This document shows positions 7,629 to 15,853 of a DNA stretch of 21,115 nucleotides, piece after piece. Under the pieces are notes generated by a model. The model had not been told where the DNA came from and ran no database searches. It was given only the letters and a program-made list of their open reading frames with translations. Each line of letters starts with the position of its first letter. The first letter of the stretch is position 1. Origin of the DNA: Methanocellales archaeon (GTDB lineage: Archaea; Halobacteriota; JAWCLZ01). The translations under genes were made by a program, and so were the position numbers. The stretch is from positions 34,586 to 55,700 of the forward strand of contig JAWCMA010000004.1 of assembly GCA_038850285.1 (NCBI GenBank), given 5' to 3'.

Positions 7629-7810
7629 AAGGATAAAAGCATAGGAGCCATCTATCGCGAGCAAGTTCATGGGCTTGGTAAGGGGCAGGTTGAAGGAAGC
7701 GATCTTCATTCCCTTGAGTATTGCTAGCTCTTCTCTTTGTGCCTCTGAATATGGCTTTATAGTTTCAAGAGCGCTCCTCATCTCCTTTTTAAATTGGTTA
7801 ATTCTATCAT
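7629..7810 (-). pseudogene. nurA: NurA nuclease 5' remnant fused in frame to the herA remnant
   Basis: ATG at 7810-7808 overlaps the rad50 stop (ATGA). After an early frameshift it reads ...FKKEMRSALETIK...MNLLAIDGSYAFIL (NurA AxDGS motif), then passes directly into HerA IPLDLAKL.EKPFAIFGRTGSGKS. Confidence 0.75.
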
Positions 7811-10254
7811 GCCACTTGCTCCACGCGAGACCTCTCATCCTCAGTCATGTATACTCTTAGCCTGCTTGGGAAGCGATCTGCTATCTCAGTTAAATGAGTT
7901 ATCAATATTACTTTATCGAAGAATTTACCCATATCGAATAGCTTTTTAACGAATAACTCCCGGCTTACTTCGCTGTCAAGCGAGCCAAGGTCGCCTTCAT
8001 CTATGAATAGGGTTTTCATCCTGGCATAGCTCCTTCCAATTTGAGGCATGCTAGCAAGTTCCTTTGCTATTGCAAATCGAAGCGCAGCATTGATCTGGGT
8101 CTTCTCCCCCCCGCTGAATTCCTTTACATCGTGAAATGCACCATCGCTTCCCTCGACTTCGATTTTAATGCCATAGCGATTTGCTTCTTCATATGGCATT
8201 AACCGGAGCTTTGTAAATCTCCCGCCAGTTAGATCCGCAAGGTTGCTCGATGCCTCGATCGCTAGCTGGGGGAGAAGTTGGTTTAATGTATAGAGCACTA
8301 TGCCTTTTTTATGAAATACATTTTCCTTCAAAATAATATAAACCTCGAGTAAATCACGCTTAGCAGCAAGTTCTTTCTCCCTCTCGGCTATTCGAGTTTT
8401 AAGGGCTTTAATTTCAATCTCTAGATCCACAAGTGCCTTCTGCAGTGCAGCTTTCTCGCCTTCTTTTGCAGAGATGATTTTCTCCAGTTTTTTATGCTCC
8501 TCCCTCAATCCCTCAAGTTCCTGCCTAGCTATCTCAAATTTTCTTTCCTCCGGCTCGATTTTTGCAGTAGCTTGCTTTAAATATTCCCATTCTGCTTCAC
8601 TCTCGCTAATTTGAGTCTCTAGCTCGCATATGAGTTGATTTAAATCACCTATTTTCTCCGCTTCCTCGATTTTGCTATCCAGCTCTCTCCGCTGCTTCAT
8701 TTTTCTCTCCACAAGCAATTTAAGCTGATTCAATCTCGCTTGCTCTGCATTGCCAAATCCAGTTGTTCTTATCTTCTCCTCAAGCAACTGCATATCACTT
8801 TGAAGTCTCTGCTTCTCCAGCTGCCATTTCTTCTCAAGTTCCTCTACATCCAGCTGGATCCTCTGAAGCTGATTCTCCAACTCAGAGCGCAAAAATACAT
8901 CGATGTTTATTTGCTTGGTTTTCTCAGCTACAAGCGCTAAATTTGCTTTAGCAAGTTTAAGTTCCTCTTCAAGCTGCATTGCAACCTCTCTTTTATTCTC
9001 AACCCAAGTTAGCTCTCTAGGTATGCGTTCTATTCTCTCACTGAGCTTCCCTTCCTCTCTAAGCAAGTTGAAGGCAGCTTCTTTATTGAGGTCGCTGGAA
9101 AGTGCCTTTATTCTCTGATTTAGTTCCCTCAATCTCAGCTGCAGCTTGCGCTGCTCTTGATTATAATTCTGCAGTGCATTTTCAAATTGATGCTTAATAG
9201 CTAAGAACTGGGTTTGAAGTAATTCGCACTGCCTCTGCAGCTCTTCAAGTTTCTCCTTCTCCCTTGCAATTTCCTCAATTCCGCGAACTTCTTCTCGGAG
9301 TTTAGCGATTTCTATATTGAGGGCAGTAGTGCTTGCCTGCTTTGAAGCTGCAATGCTCAGCTTTTGCTTCAAATTGACTATTTGTTTTTGGATCTCTGCA
9401 AGTCGATTGCTATATTTGATGTATTCCTCGTGCACTTTCTCCAGCGATTTGCATGCAATTTGAACTTCAGCTATTTTTTTGGAGAGCTCAGCATATAAAA
9501 GACCATTTTGCTTGATAGCTTGCTCCACCTCGGCTATTTCTTGCTTCTTAATGGGGATTTTCCTCTGCCGCTCTTCATAGCTCAGGGAATCGCTTTCGAG
9601 ATAAGCACTCAAGCTTTTTAGTTCAAGTGTTAAATCAGCGAGTTTTTTATCCACAACTTCCTTTGCTCTTTCAAATATTTCCAGGCGGAAGAGTTTTTGA
9701 AAGATCTCCAGCCTTTCAGGGCCGCTCTCGCTTCCAATTGCCTTCATTTCATCTTGGCGAACAAAGGTTGAGTTTCTAAAGCCAGTGTAATCTATCCCAG
9801 TTATATCTTGAATGGCAGCCTCAAGTTCGGTTATCTTCCCATTTATTCTCCTGCCATTTTTCTTGAGGATTAGATAGGGATTTTTACCATTTAAGCCTCG
9901 AGTTACCTCATATATCTCAACACCCTGCTTGAAGGTTAGCTTGACATAGCCATCTTGCTTGCAGATGTCCTCGATTTTTAACCCCACGTCGGTTCTGGAA
10001 GTTCGCTTGTAGAGTGCAAATGTTATGGCATCTAAAATGGAGGTCTTCCCGGATCCAGTTTTGCCGATGATTGCCATGAATCTATCTGGAAAGGCGATCC
10101 TCGCTTGATCTAAATATCGCATGAAGCCCTTTAGCTCCAGCTCTTGAATCACGAAACCCCCTTGGCTTTGAGCCATAGCTAAATCGCTGCTGGAGGGAGT
10201 TTCCTGGCTGGGGGATGGAGCTATTTCGCTGAAGAAATCAATCAAGGTTTTCAC
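7807..10254 (-). CDS. rad50: Rad50/SbcC-family SMC-like ATPase (no CxxC zinc hook)
   Basis: Walker A GKTGSGKT, Q-loop FVRQDE, long coiled coil, signature FSGGE, Walker B/D-loop LFIDEGDLGSLD, H-loop ITH. The GTG start overlaps the mre11 stop and has a GGAGGTG RBS. Confidence 0.92.
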   Translation of the reverse strand: MKTLIDFFSEIAPSPSQETPSSSDLAMAQSQGGFVIQELELKGFMRYLDQARIAFPDRFMAIIGKTGSGKTSILDAITFALYKRTSRTDVGLKIEDICKQDGYVKLTFKQGVEIYEVTRGLNGKNPYLILKKNGRRINGKITELEAAIQDITGIDYTGFRNSTFVRQDEMKAIGSESGPERLEIFQKLFRLEIFERAKEVVDKKLADLTLELKSLSAYLESDSLSYEERQRKIPIKKQEIAEVEQAIKQNGLLYAELSKKIAEVQIACKSLEKVHEEYIKYSNRLAEIQKQIVNLKQKLSIAASKQASTTALNIEIAKLREEVRGIEEIAREKEKLEELQRQCELLQTQFLAIKHQFENALQNYNQEQRKLQLRLRELNQRIKALSSDLNKEAAFNLLREEGKLSERIERIPRELTWVENKREVAMQLEEELKLAKANLALVAEKTKQINIDVFLRSELENQLQRIQLDVEELEKKWQLEKQRLQSDMQLLEEKIRTTGFGNAEQARLNQLKLLVERKMKQRRELDSKIEEAEKIGDLNQLICELETQISESEAEWEYLKQATAKIEPEERKFEIARQELEGLREEHKKLEKIISAKEGEKAALQKALVDLEIEIKALKTRIAEREKELAAKRDLLEVYIILKENVFHKKGIVLYTLNQLLPQLAIEASSNLADLTGGRFTKLRLMPYEEANRYGIKIEVEGSDGAFHDVKEFSGGEKTQINAALRFAIAKELASMPQIGRSYARMKTLFIDEGDLGSLDSEVSRELFVKKLFDMGKFFDKVILITHLTEIADRFPSRLRVYMTEDERSRVEQVA

Positions 10255-11453
10255 TTCAGCACCTCCATAAGCGCCTTCATTCCCTCTTCAAGCAGGGCTT
10301 CTTTCTTGGGGTGGGAGGAATAGTTGGTGTTTATGAACTTGGAGAGCAGTTCATATGGATTCAATGTGAATTCAGCGAAGCCAGTTTTAGCGCTTGATCT
10401 CTCAGCATATTTTAGCTCGCTGTGAAAAGCACTTTGAAGTTTTTCTTCAATTCGGCGGTCAATTATTTTCTGCCTCTGGCCTTCGCTAAGCAAAACTTCT
10501 AGTCGCACAAGTTTGTCCTTAACTTCTGGTATTGCATTTAAAATCACCTGCGTTGGGTCTTCGCCTGGCTTTACCTCTACTTCTATTTTAAGCATCTCCC
10601 TCGCTGGAAGTGATTTGAACTCCCACTTCCAAGTACTTGTATCGATTGCGATGAAACCCTTTTTATCCCCCCTTTCCCCCCAGTCAATTCTTTCAACTGC
10701 ACCTGTGTAAATTATCTCAGTGCTCCCTTGTCTTCCCATGGATTGATGGAGATGTACGTGTCCGAAAACAGCTAGATCGAGGTTGCTTGGAATCATATCT
10801 CGGCGGAGGGAAAATTCCCCTGGCAGTACCTCAGGGTAAGCGGTTTCCCTAAGTTTTGCTCCCTCGATGTAATAGTGTGCTAGCATTATCTTGTGCTCAT
10901 ATGAATTTAACTCCTGTGCTTTTTTCCTCAGCCACTCCTTGAGCAATTCCTGCCCAGCGCTGATAAGCTGCTCTTGGGATATCTCTAAAGTGGTTTTTTC
11001 TCTAACGAGTTCTGCTATCTGCTCAGGGTGCATGTATGGTAGAATTATGAAGCCAGTTCTAGTGGAATCAATCTCAGCGATTTCAATGCTTGGTCTTCGG
11101 AAGATCTTCACGTGGGGATATCCTCTGAAGTCCTCGATTGAAGTCCCTCGCTTGTCATTCCTAGGCTGATCGTGATTCCCAGCTAAGATCCAGATTTTTA
11201 TATTATTCCTCCCCAGGGGCTCTATTACATCTCTGCGCACCAGTTCTCTGAAGGCTGGACTTATATGGGTTCTATCGAATAGATCGCCAGCTATTATGAA
11301 CAGTGCAGCATTCGCTTCAATGGCATATTCAGCTGCTCTAGCAAAGTTTCTATGGATATCAAGAGCACGCTCAGAGAGCCCGCTCTCAGGGTCTATGCGA
11401 TACCCGAAATTTATGCCCTCGTGGATATCTCCTGCAATCACTATTTTTTCCAT
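10251..11453 (-). CDS. mre11: Mre11/SbcD-family metallophosphoesterase nuclease
   Basis: All five motifs present: GDIH, AGDLFD, GNHD, AH and FGHVH. Immediately upstream of rad50. Confidence 0.93.
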   Translation of the reverse strand: MEKIVIAGDIHEGINFGYRIDPESGLSERALDIHRNFARAAEYAIEANAALFIIAGDLFDRTHISPAFRELVRRDVIEPLGRNNIKIWILAGNHDQPRNDKRGTSIEDFRGYPHVKIFRRPSIEIAEIDSTRTGFIILPYMHPEQIAELVREKTTLEISQEQLISAGQELLKEWLRKKAQELNSYEHKIMLAHYYIEGAKLRETAYPEVLPGEFSLRRDMIPSNLDLAVFGHVHLHQSMGRQGSTEIIYTGAVERIDWGERGDKKGFIAIDTSTWKWEFKSLPAREMLKIEVEVKPGEDPTQVILNAIPEVKDKLVRLEVLLSEGQRQKIIDRRIEEKLQSAFHSELKYAERSSAKTGFAEFTLNPYELLSKFINTNYSSHPKKEALLEEGMKALMEVLK

Positions 11454-11534
11454 TAATCAAATCCCCTACCGGTGTTAAGTAATAGCTTGCCCAAGTGTTG
11501 TGAAAGTATTAGAGAAAGATAATGGTTTCGATTA

Positions 11535-11571
11535 AAAAAATAGAAAAATTGAAAAGTTAGAAAAATAAAAA
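11535..11571 (-). terminator. Oligo-T archaeal terminator after the DUF7123-like gene
   Basis: Minus strand has several T4-T7 tracts immediately after the stop codon (+ strand AAAAAAATAGAAAAATTGAAAAGTTAGAAAAATAAAAA). Confidence 0.6.
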
Positions 11572-11868
11572 TTAGAAAATAATTCTCCTGCCTCTAGCGA
11601 ATTCAATTCTCCAAGTTGTGGACTTTGAATAGCCCCAGCGCTCAATCTTGAGATAGGGATAAATGTCCGAGAGGATCTTTAAATTGGTGCCAACTTCCTT
11701 GGGACTTAAGCCTAGATCTCGAGCGATGTACTTTGATTTGAAGAATTGCCTTCCCTCTTGGATTCCCTTAATGAGGTAGTTTAAAATTATCTTTTGACTT
11801 TCATTGAGCTTTAACTCCAAGCTCTTTCTATCAATCATAGTCAAAACCGTTTTATCTTGATCTATCAT
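11572..11868 (-). CDS. Small winged-helix protein, DUF7123-like (conserved in Halobacteriota)
   Basis: FFKSKYIARDLGLSPKEVG..L...IERWGYSKSTTWRIE matches this family's pattern as I recall it. Confidence 0.75.
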   Translation of the reverse strand: MIDQDKTVLTMIDRKSLELKLNESQKIILNYLIKGIQEGRQFFKSKYIARDLGLSPKEVGTNLKILSDIYPYLKIERWGYSKSTTWRIEFARGRRIIF

Positions 11869-11965
11869 AAATTTTACTATCTAAAATTTAAATCTTTCCA
11901 TAAAAATCAAGTTTACTTACTGCAAAATGCTTATACATTATGATGAAAATTTAGAGAATGATCTT

Positions 11966-12316
11966 ATGAAAAGCTCACTTCTGGCAGTTGGATTTTGCGC
12001 GGGATTGCTAGCTGGCTTACTCGGCGTAGGCGGGGGAATTATACTCGTGCCCGCAATGGTGCTTCTCTATAAAAAAGCCCAGCATATTGCTCAAGGCACT
12101 TCGCTGCTTGCAATTATACCAGCTGCAATTGCTGGAAGCGCGGTGCATCTTTACAATGGAAATATAGATCTCGCCTTTGCTGCATTGCTAACAGCAGGCT
12201 CTCTTCTAGGAGCTTATGCTGGGGCAAATGCAGTGGCTTTTATTCCTGAGAAAAAGCTGAAAAAAAGCTTTGCAATTTTTATAATAATAGTGGGATTGAA
12301 GATGGCGCTGTGGTGA
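11966..12316 (+). CDS. Half-size TauE/SafE (TSUP) sulfite/anion exporter, copy 1
   Basis: GFCAGLLAGLLGVGGGIILVP, AQGTSL and GSLLGAYAGA; about 4 TM helices. Start at ATG 11966 (ATG 11927 is an alternative). Confidence 0.88.
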   Translation: MKSSLLAVGFCAGLLAGLLGVGGGIILVPAMVLLYKKAQHIAQGTSLLAIIPAAIAGSAVHLYNGNIDLAFAALLTAGSLLGAYAGANAVAFIPEKKLKKSFAIFIIIVGLKMALW

Positions 12317-12398
12317 AGAATATGGATATTGATTTTGTTATTATTATCACACTATTCCTTGGATTTTGCGCGGGATTGCTAGCTGGCTTACTCGGCGT
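11988..12398 (+). repeat. Perfect 40-bp direct repeat shared by the two TauE halves
   Basis: TTGGATTTTGCGCGGGATTGCTAGCTGGCTTACTCGGCGT at 11988-12027 and 12359-12398. Confidence 0.95.
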
Positions 12399-12708
12399 GG
12401 GAGGGGGAAGCATACTTGTGCCTGGCATGGTATATTTGCTTGCGACCACGCAGCACGTGGCAAATGGTACCTCGCTAGCGGTTATCCTAGCATCTGCATT
12501 CATAGGGGGCATGACTTATTATAGAAAGGACATGGTTGATAGAAACATGGCTTTACTCCTTGGAATAGGAGCAACCGCTGGCAGCATAGCGGGAGGAAGT
12601 ATCATGGCAGTGCTTCCAGGGGATGTTCTTCGAAGAGCCTTCGGAGCTTTCATCATATTCGCTGGATTCAAGCTTTTGCTGGAGAAAGAGAAAGCAGATA
12701 TTCGATGA
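12310..12708 (+). CDS. Half-size TauE/SafE (TSUP) exporter, copy 2
   Basis: GFCAGLLAGLLGVGGGSILVP, ANGTSL and GSIAGG. Start is GTG 12310 or ATG 12322. Its 3' end overlaps the convergent ATP-grasp gene by 41 bp. Confidence 0.88.
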   Translation: MVKNMDIDFVIIITLFLGFCAGLLAGLLGVGGGSILVPGMVYLLATTQHVANGTSLAVILASAFIGGMTYYRKDMVDRNMALLLGIGATAGSIAGGSIMAVLPGDVLRRAFGAFIIFAGFKLLLEKEKADIR

Positions 12709-13558
12709 TCTGCTCATAGAGCTCTGGATTGCATGTGTCTTCATAGCCGCTTTCAATCGTAGGGTTTTCGTTTACCTCGATCACATAAACCCTGCCATTA
12801 AGCTGCTTAACATCCACTCCATATAATCCCCTGCCCATTGTTCTCGCTGCTTTAATAGCCTCTTTTAAAACCTTTTTTGGGACATTTGAAACTGAAACTC
12901 CTTCAACAGTGCACTCAGCCTGCTTGCTGTATTTCTTACTCAGCATCTTCCAGCTTCCCTCTGGGAAGATATATTTGCATGCGTATATAGGCTTGCCATT
13001 GAGCACGCCAATGCGCCAGTCGAATTTGGTTTCTATATATTGCTGAAGCAAAACCATGCTTGCATATCTAGAGTAGCTCTTCACAATTCTCAGGAAATCC
13101 TCAACCGAGTAAGCTCTCGCCACCTGCTTTGAAAAACTGGAATGCGGAGCCTTGATTACAATTGGCTTGCCAAGTTCGCTGAAGCATTCCTCAATTTCCT
13201 TAAAGCAGCAGCCATTCACTCTATATAACTTCGTCCTTGGAATTGCCACGTTATTTCTCAGGAATAAAATATGCTGATGAATTTTATCACAGCAGGTTAA
13301 AATGGAGCGGGAATCATCGATCACTGGTATACCCTTGAGTTCCGCCATTCTTGCAGCTAAATAAGCAGAGTTTCCAACCATGGTATAAGCGCGAATAAAT
13401 ACAGCGCGGTAACTAGCTATTCTATCCAAATCCCTCTTCCTTATGAACTTTAAATCATATCCCAAGTTGCGAGCAGCCTCTTTAAATTTATATAGCGCTG
13501 TTACTTCTCCTGCATTTGCAAAGTTATAGCTCTCCACAAAGCAGCCTATCCTCTCCAT
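12668..13558 (-). CDS. RimK-family ATP-grasp amino acid (glutamate) ligase
   Basis: CCDKI, IPRT, PIVIKAPHSSFS, LQQYI...DWRIGVL, GLYGVDVK and VIEVNENP. This is the RLAN-associated RimK subtype. Confidence 0.88.
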   Translation of the reverse strand: MERIGCFVESYNFANAGEVTALYKFKEAARNLGYDLKFIRKRDLDRIASYRAVFIRAYTMVGNSAYLAARMAELKGIPVIDDSRSILTCCDKIHQHILFLRNNVAIPRTKLYRVNGCCFKEIEECFSELGKPIVIKAPHSSFSKQVARAYSVEDFLRIVKSYSRYASMVLLQQYIETKFDWRIGVLNGKPIYACKYIFPEGSWKMLSKKYSKQAECTVEGVSVSNVPKKVLKEAIKAARTMGRGLYGVDVKQLNGRVYVIEVNENPTIESGYEDTCNPELYEQIIEYLLSLSPAKA

Positions 13559-14188
13559 TTATATCTCCCTTAAGCTTTGAATCAAAAGATTGAATTCCTC
13601 GCTATTGAGCTGCTTTAGAGAGCAGGGTAGCATTCCTGAAAATCTTCTACCTTGCATCAATAGCTTGAAAACGGGGATTCGAAATTCACTATAAATAAGC
13701 TTCGCAATATGTGCATATTTTTTATTCACGCAATTCCCGAGGATAACTGCAAACTCTTCTAGTTTACTCTCCAAGGGCAATACTGCCACTGGATATCTAT
13801 GATGTAGACTTGCCTCTTCGTAGCAAATTTGCTTCTCAAAGTTATTATGCGCGATGAAATACCTTTTTTTATTCAATTGATTCACCGGATAAATTATCAC
13901 TTTACCCTTACCCCGCGGTGCTTCATCTAAGATCTTTGGCTTAACAATCGATAGCTTGCTCTCAAGGCGCTTGAATAGCGAGGGTGGGCAGTATAAATCT
14001 GAGAGGTCTTCAATGCTGGGAATTACTCTATTTGCAAGCAGGCTAACGTAATAGCCGGATTTGAGAAAGCGCAGATCACTGCTTAAATTTATGATCAACT
14101 CACCTTTCTTCACAGGGTATTTATTCGCGAGGAAGTCATCAGGGGAAATATAGGGAAGTCCATCTAGTGGATATTCGCTTATAATCAT
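13559..14188 (-). CDS. Stand-alone RimK-like ATP-grasp N-terminal (RLAN) domain protein
   Basis: IINLSSDLRFLKSGYYVSLLA..VIPS..DL matches the RLAN motif INL...Y...GYY.SLLA...P. It abuts the ATP-grasp gene. Confidence 0.75.
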   Translation of the reverse strand: MIISEYPLDGLPYISPDDFLANKYPVKKGELIINLSSDLRFLKSGYYVSLLANRVIPSIEDLSDLYCPPSLFKRLESKLSIVKPKILDEAPRGKGKVIIYPVNQLNKKRYFIAHNNFEKQICYEEASLHHRYPVAVLPLESKLEEFAVILGNCVNKKYAHIAKLIYSEFRIPVFKLLMQGRRFSGMLPCSLKQLNSEEFNLLIQSLREI

Positions 14189-14709
14189 TGATGCACCAGC
14201 TTTTTGATCATTTTATAGGCATTCTCCTTCCCGTAGTAAGCTGGCAGAAATCTCTGCACCTTAAAGCCTGAGTTGATGTAAAGCCGCTTCGCTGCTTCAT
14301 TGAACTCCTCCACCTCTAGAAAAATCCGTTCAACTCCAAGTAATTGCATCTCCAGCTCTACATTAAGCAGTAGATTTCTAGCAATCCCCTGTTCTCTGAA
14401 CTCAGGCTTCACAGCTAGAGAATAAATTCTGCCCTGCGGCTTGGCTTTAAACCTCTGAATATAAGCCCAGATATACCCAACTATCTCCCCTCGACATAGA
14501 GCTATAAATGCAATTGAACTTGGGCTTTTCAACATATATTCAAACTGCTTTTTAGTGAAGCTTTCGCTGCTGAAGCAAATTCTCTCAATGGAGAGAATTG
14601 AATCTAGATCGCGATGGGAAGCTTTTCGGAAAAGCAGCATTGGCGGTGGTTCATCTTCAGATTCAGATCCAACTTCAGATCCAGATTCAACCATATTAAC
14701 TGCCATCAA
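14185..14709 (-). CDS. RimI-like GNAT N-acetyltransferase with acidic N-terminal extension
   Basis: RIYSLAVKPEFREQGIA (acetyl-CoA motif A), LEVEEFNEAAKRLY..GF and YY...A. The stop overlaps the RLAN start (ATGA). The true start may be one of the downstream ATGs. Confidence 0.88.
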   Translation of the reverse strand: MMAVNMVESGSEVGSESEDEPPPMLLFRKASHRDLDSILSIERICFSSESFTKKQFEYMLKSPSSIAFIALCRGEIVGYIWAYIQRFKAKPQGRIYSLAVKPEFREQGIARNLLLNVELEMQLLGVERIFLEVEEFNEAAKRLYINSGFKVQRFLPAYYGKENAYKMIKKLVHQ

Positions 14710-14749
14710 TTATTGCATTGCATTATATAAGGGTTTCGAGTGCTAAGTG

Positions 14750-15847
14750 CTAATCGATTTCTTTCTTAAATGCCTTGGTGCTTAGCAGTACCATTGTGAT
14801 TGCGAAGATAATTAATATTGAAATCTCCCTCCATACCACTGCTATAGCACTTCCCTTGAGCATTACCTCGCGCAGTGCTATGTTTGAATAAGTGAGAGGC
14901 AGGAGGTAAGAAATTGGTCTTATGAAATCAGGTATGGACTCAAGAGGCCACCATACTCCAGAGAGCACTAGTTGAGGGAGTATTATAGTGGGTATGAACT
15001 GTATAACTTGAAACTCAGTTTTCGCAAGGGTTGAGGCAAATATTCCAAGTCCCAATGCACCTGTTGCCATTATGAGCACTATTAAAAAAACTAAAAACAC
15101 GCTTCCCTCAATTGCAACTTGAAATAGAAAAATTGCTACTGAAAGGGTTACAAATGACTGTACAATTGCTACGAAGCTAAATCCCATGAGATAGCCCAGT
15201 ATTATTTCTATCTTCCTCACGGGCGAGGCAAGCAAGCGCTCCATAGTACCTTGAGTTCGCTCCCTGAGGAAGCTCACTGTGGTGATTAAGAAGGTGAAGA
15301 AAAATGCCACCAAGCCTATTATAGCGGGTCCCACGAAATCAATTGCCTCATAGCCTCTGCCATATATATAGTTAAGCTCCATTGCAAGTGGAGAAGAGGT
15401 TCTTCGTGCTAAAACAGTTGAAATTGAATCTTGCACTGCTTTCATCGCTGCTTGGGCAACTTGAGTATTGCTTGAGTCAATGTAAAGGGTATAGCGAGTT
15501 GCTTCTCTTTGCATTGCTTGCTTGGTGAAGTTCTCTTCAAATACAATCGCCCCACTTATCACTCCATTTTTCACAGCTTTAATCGCTTCATTTTCAGATG
15601 CAATGTAAACCAGCTTAACTTCCTCGCAGCGCGCTATTTCTTGAATGAATTCATCCGGCAGGTTTAATTCTTGATATCCGCTGTCTAAATTCACGGCTCC
15701 TATTTTCACATTTTTAATCTCCCCTGAGAATGCCCAGCCGAAGAGTACCATGAGTAAAAAGGGTGCGATCACTAGTAAGCCCACTGTTCTTCTATCCCTT
15801 TGAATTTGATGGAATATGCGAATTGCAATTGAAACCACGCGCTGCAT
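14750..15847 (-). CDS. ABC-2 type exporter permease
   Basis: RDRRT N-terminus, large extracellular domain, RERTQGTMERLLASP, LSG..WP and PLTY motifs. Confidence 0.92.
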   Translation of the reverse strand: MQRVVSIAIRIFHQIQRDRRTVGLLVIAPFLLMVLFGWAFSGEIKNVKIGAVNLDSGYQELNLPDEFIQEIARCEEVKLVYIASENEAIKAVKNGVISGAIVFEENFTKQAMQREATRYTLYIDSSNTQVAQAAMKAVQDSISTVLARRTSSPLAMELNYIYGRGYEAIDFVGPAIIGLVAFFFTFLITTVSFLRERTQGTMERLLASPVRKIEIILGYLMGFSFVAIVQSFVTLSVAIFLFQVAIEGSVFLVFLIVLIMATGALGLGIFASTLAKTEFQVIQFIPTIILPQLVLSGVWWPLESIPDFIRPISYLLPLTYSNIALREVMLKGSAIAVVWREISILIIFAITMVLLSTKAFKKEID

Positions 15848-15853
15848 TTATCT

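Noticed and set aside
7461-7838. 125-aa ORF as a novel NurA-HerA fusion protein
   Set aside because: It has only the first NurA motif and Walker A, starts inside rad50 and ends at a duplication-created stop, so it is a deletion scar.
11936-11945. CATTATGATG resembling the pilin-promoter motif, upstream of the TauE genes
   Set aside because: Only a 9/10 partial match without the TAG extension or the conserved BRE/TATA spacing, so plausible by chance in AT-rich DNA.
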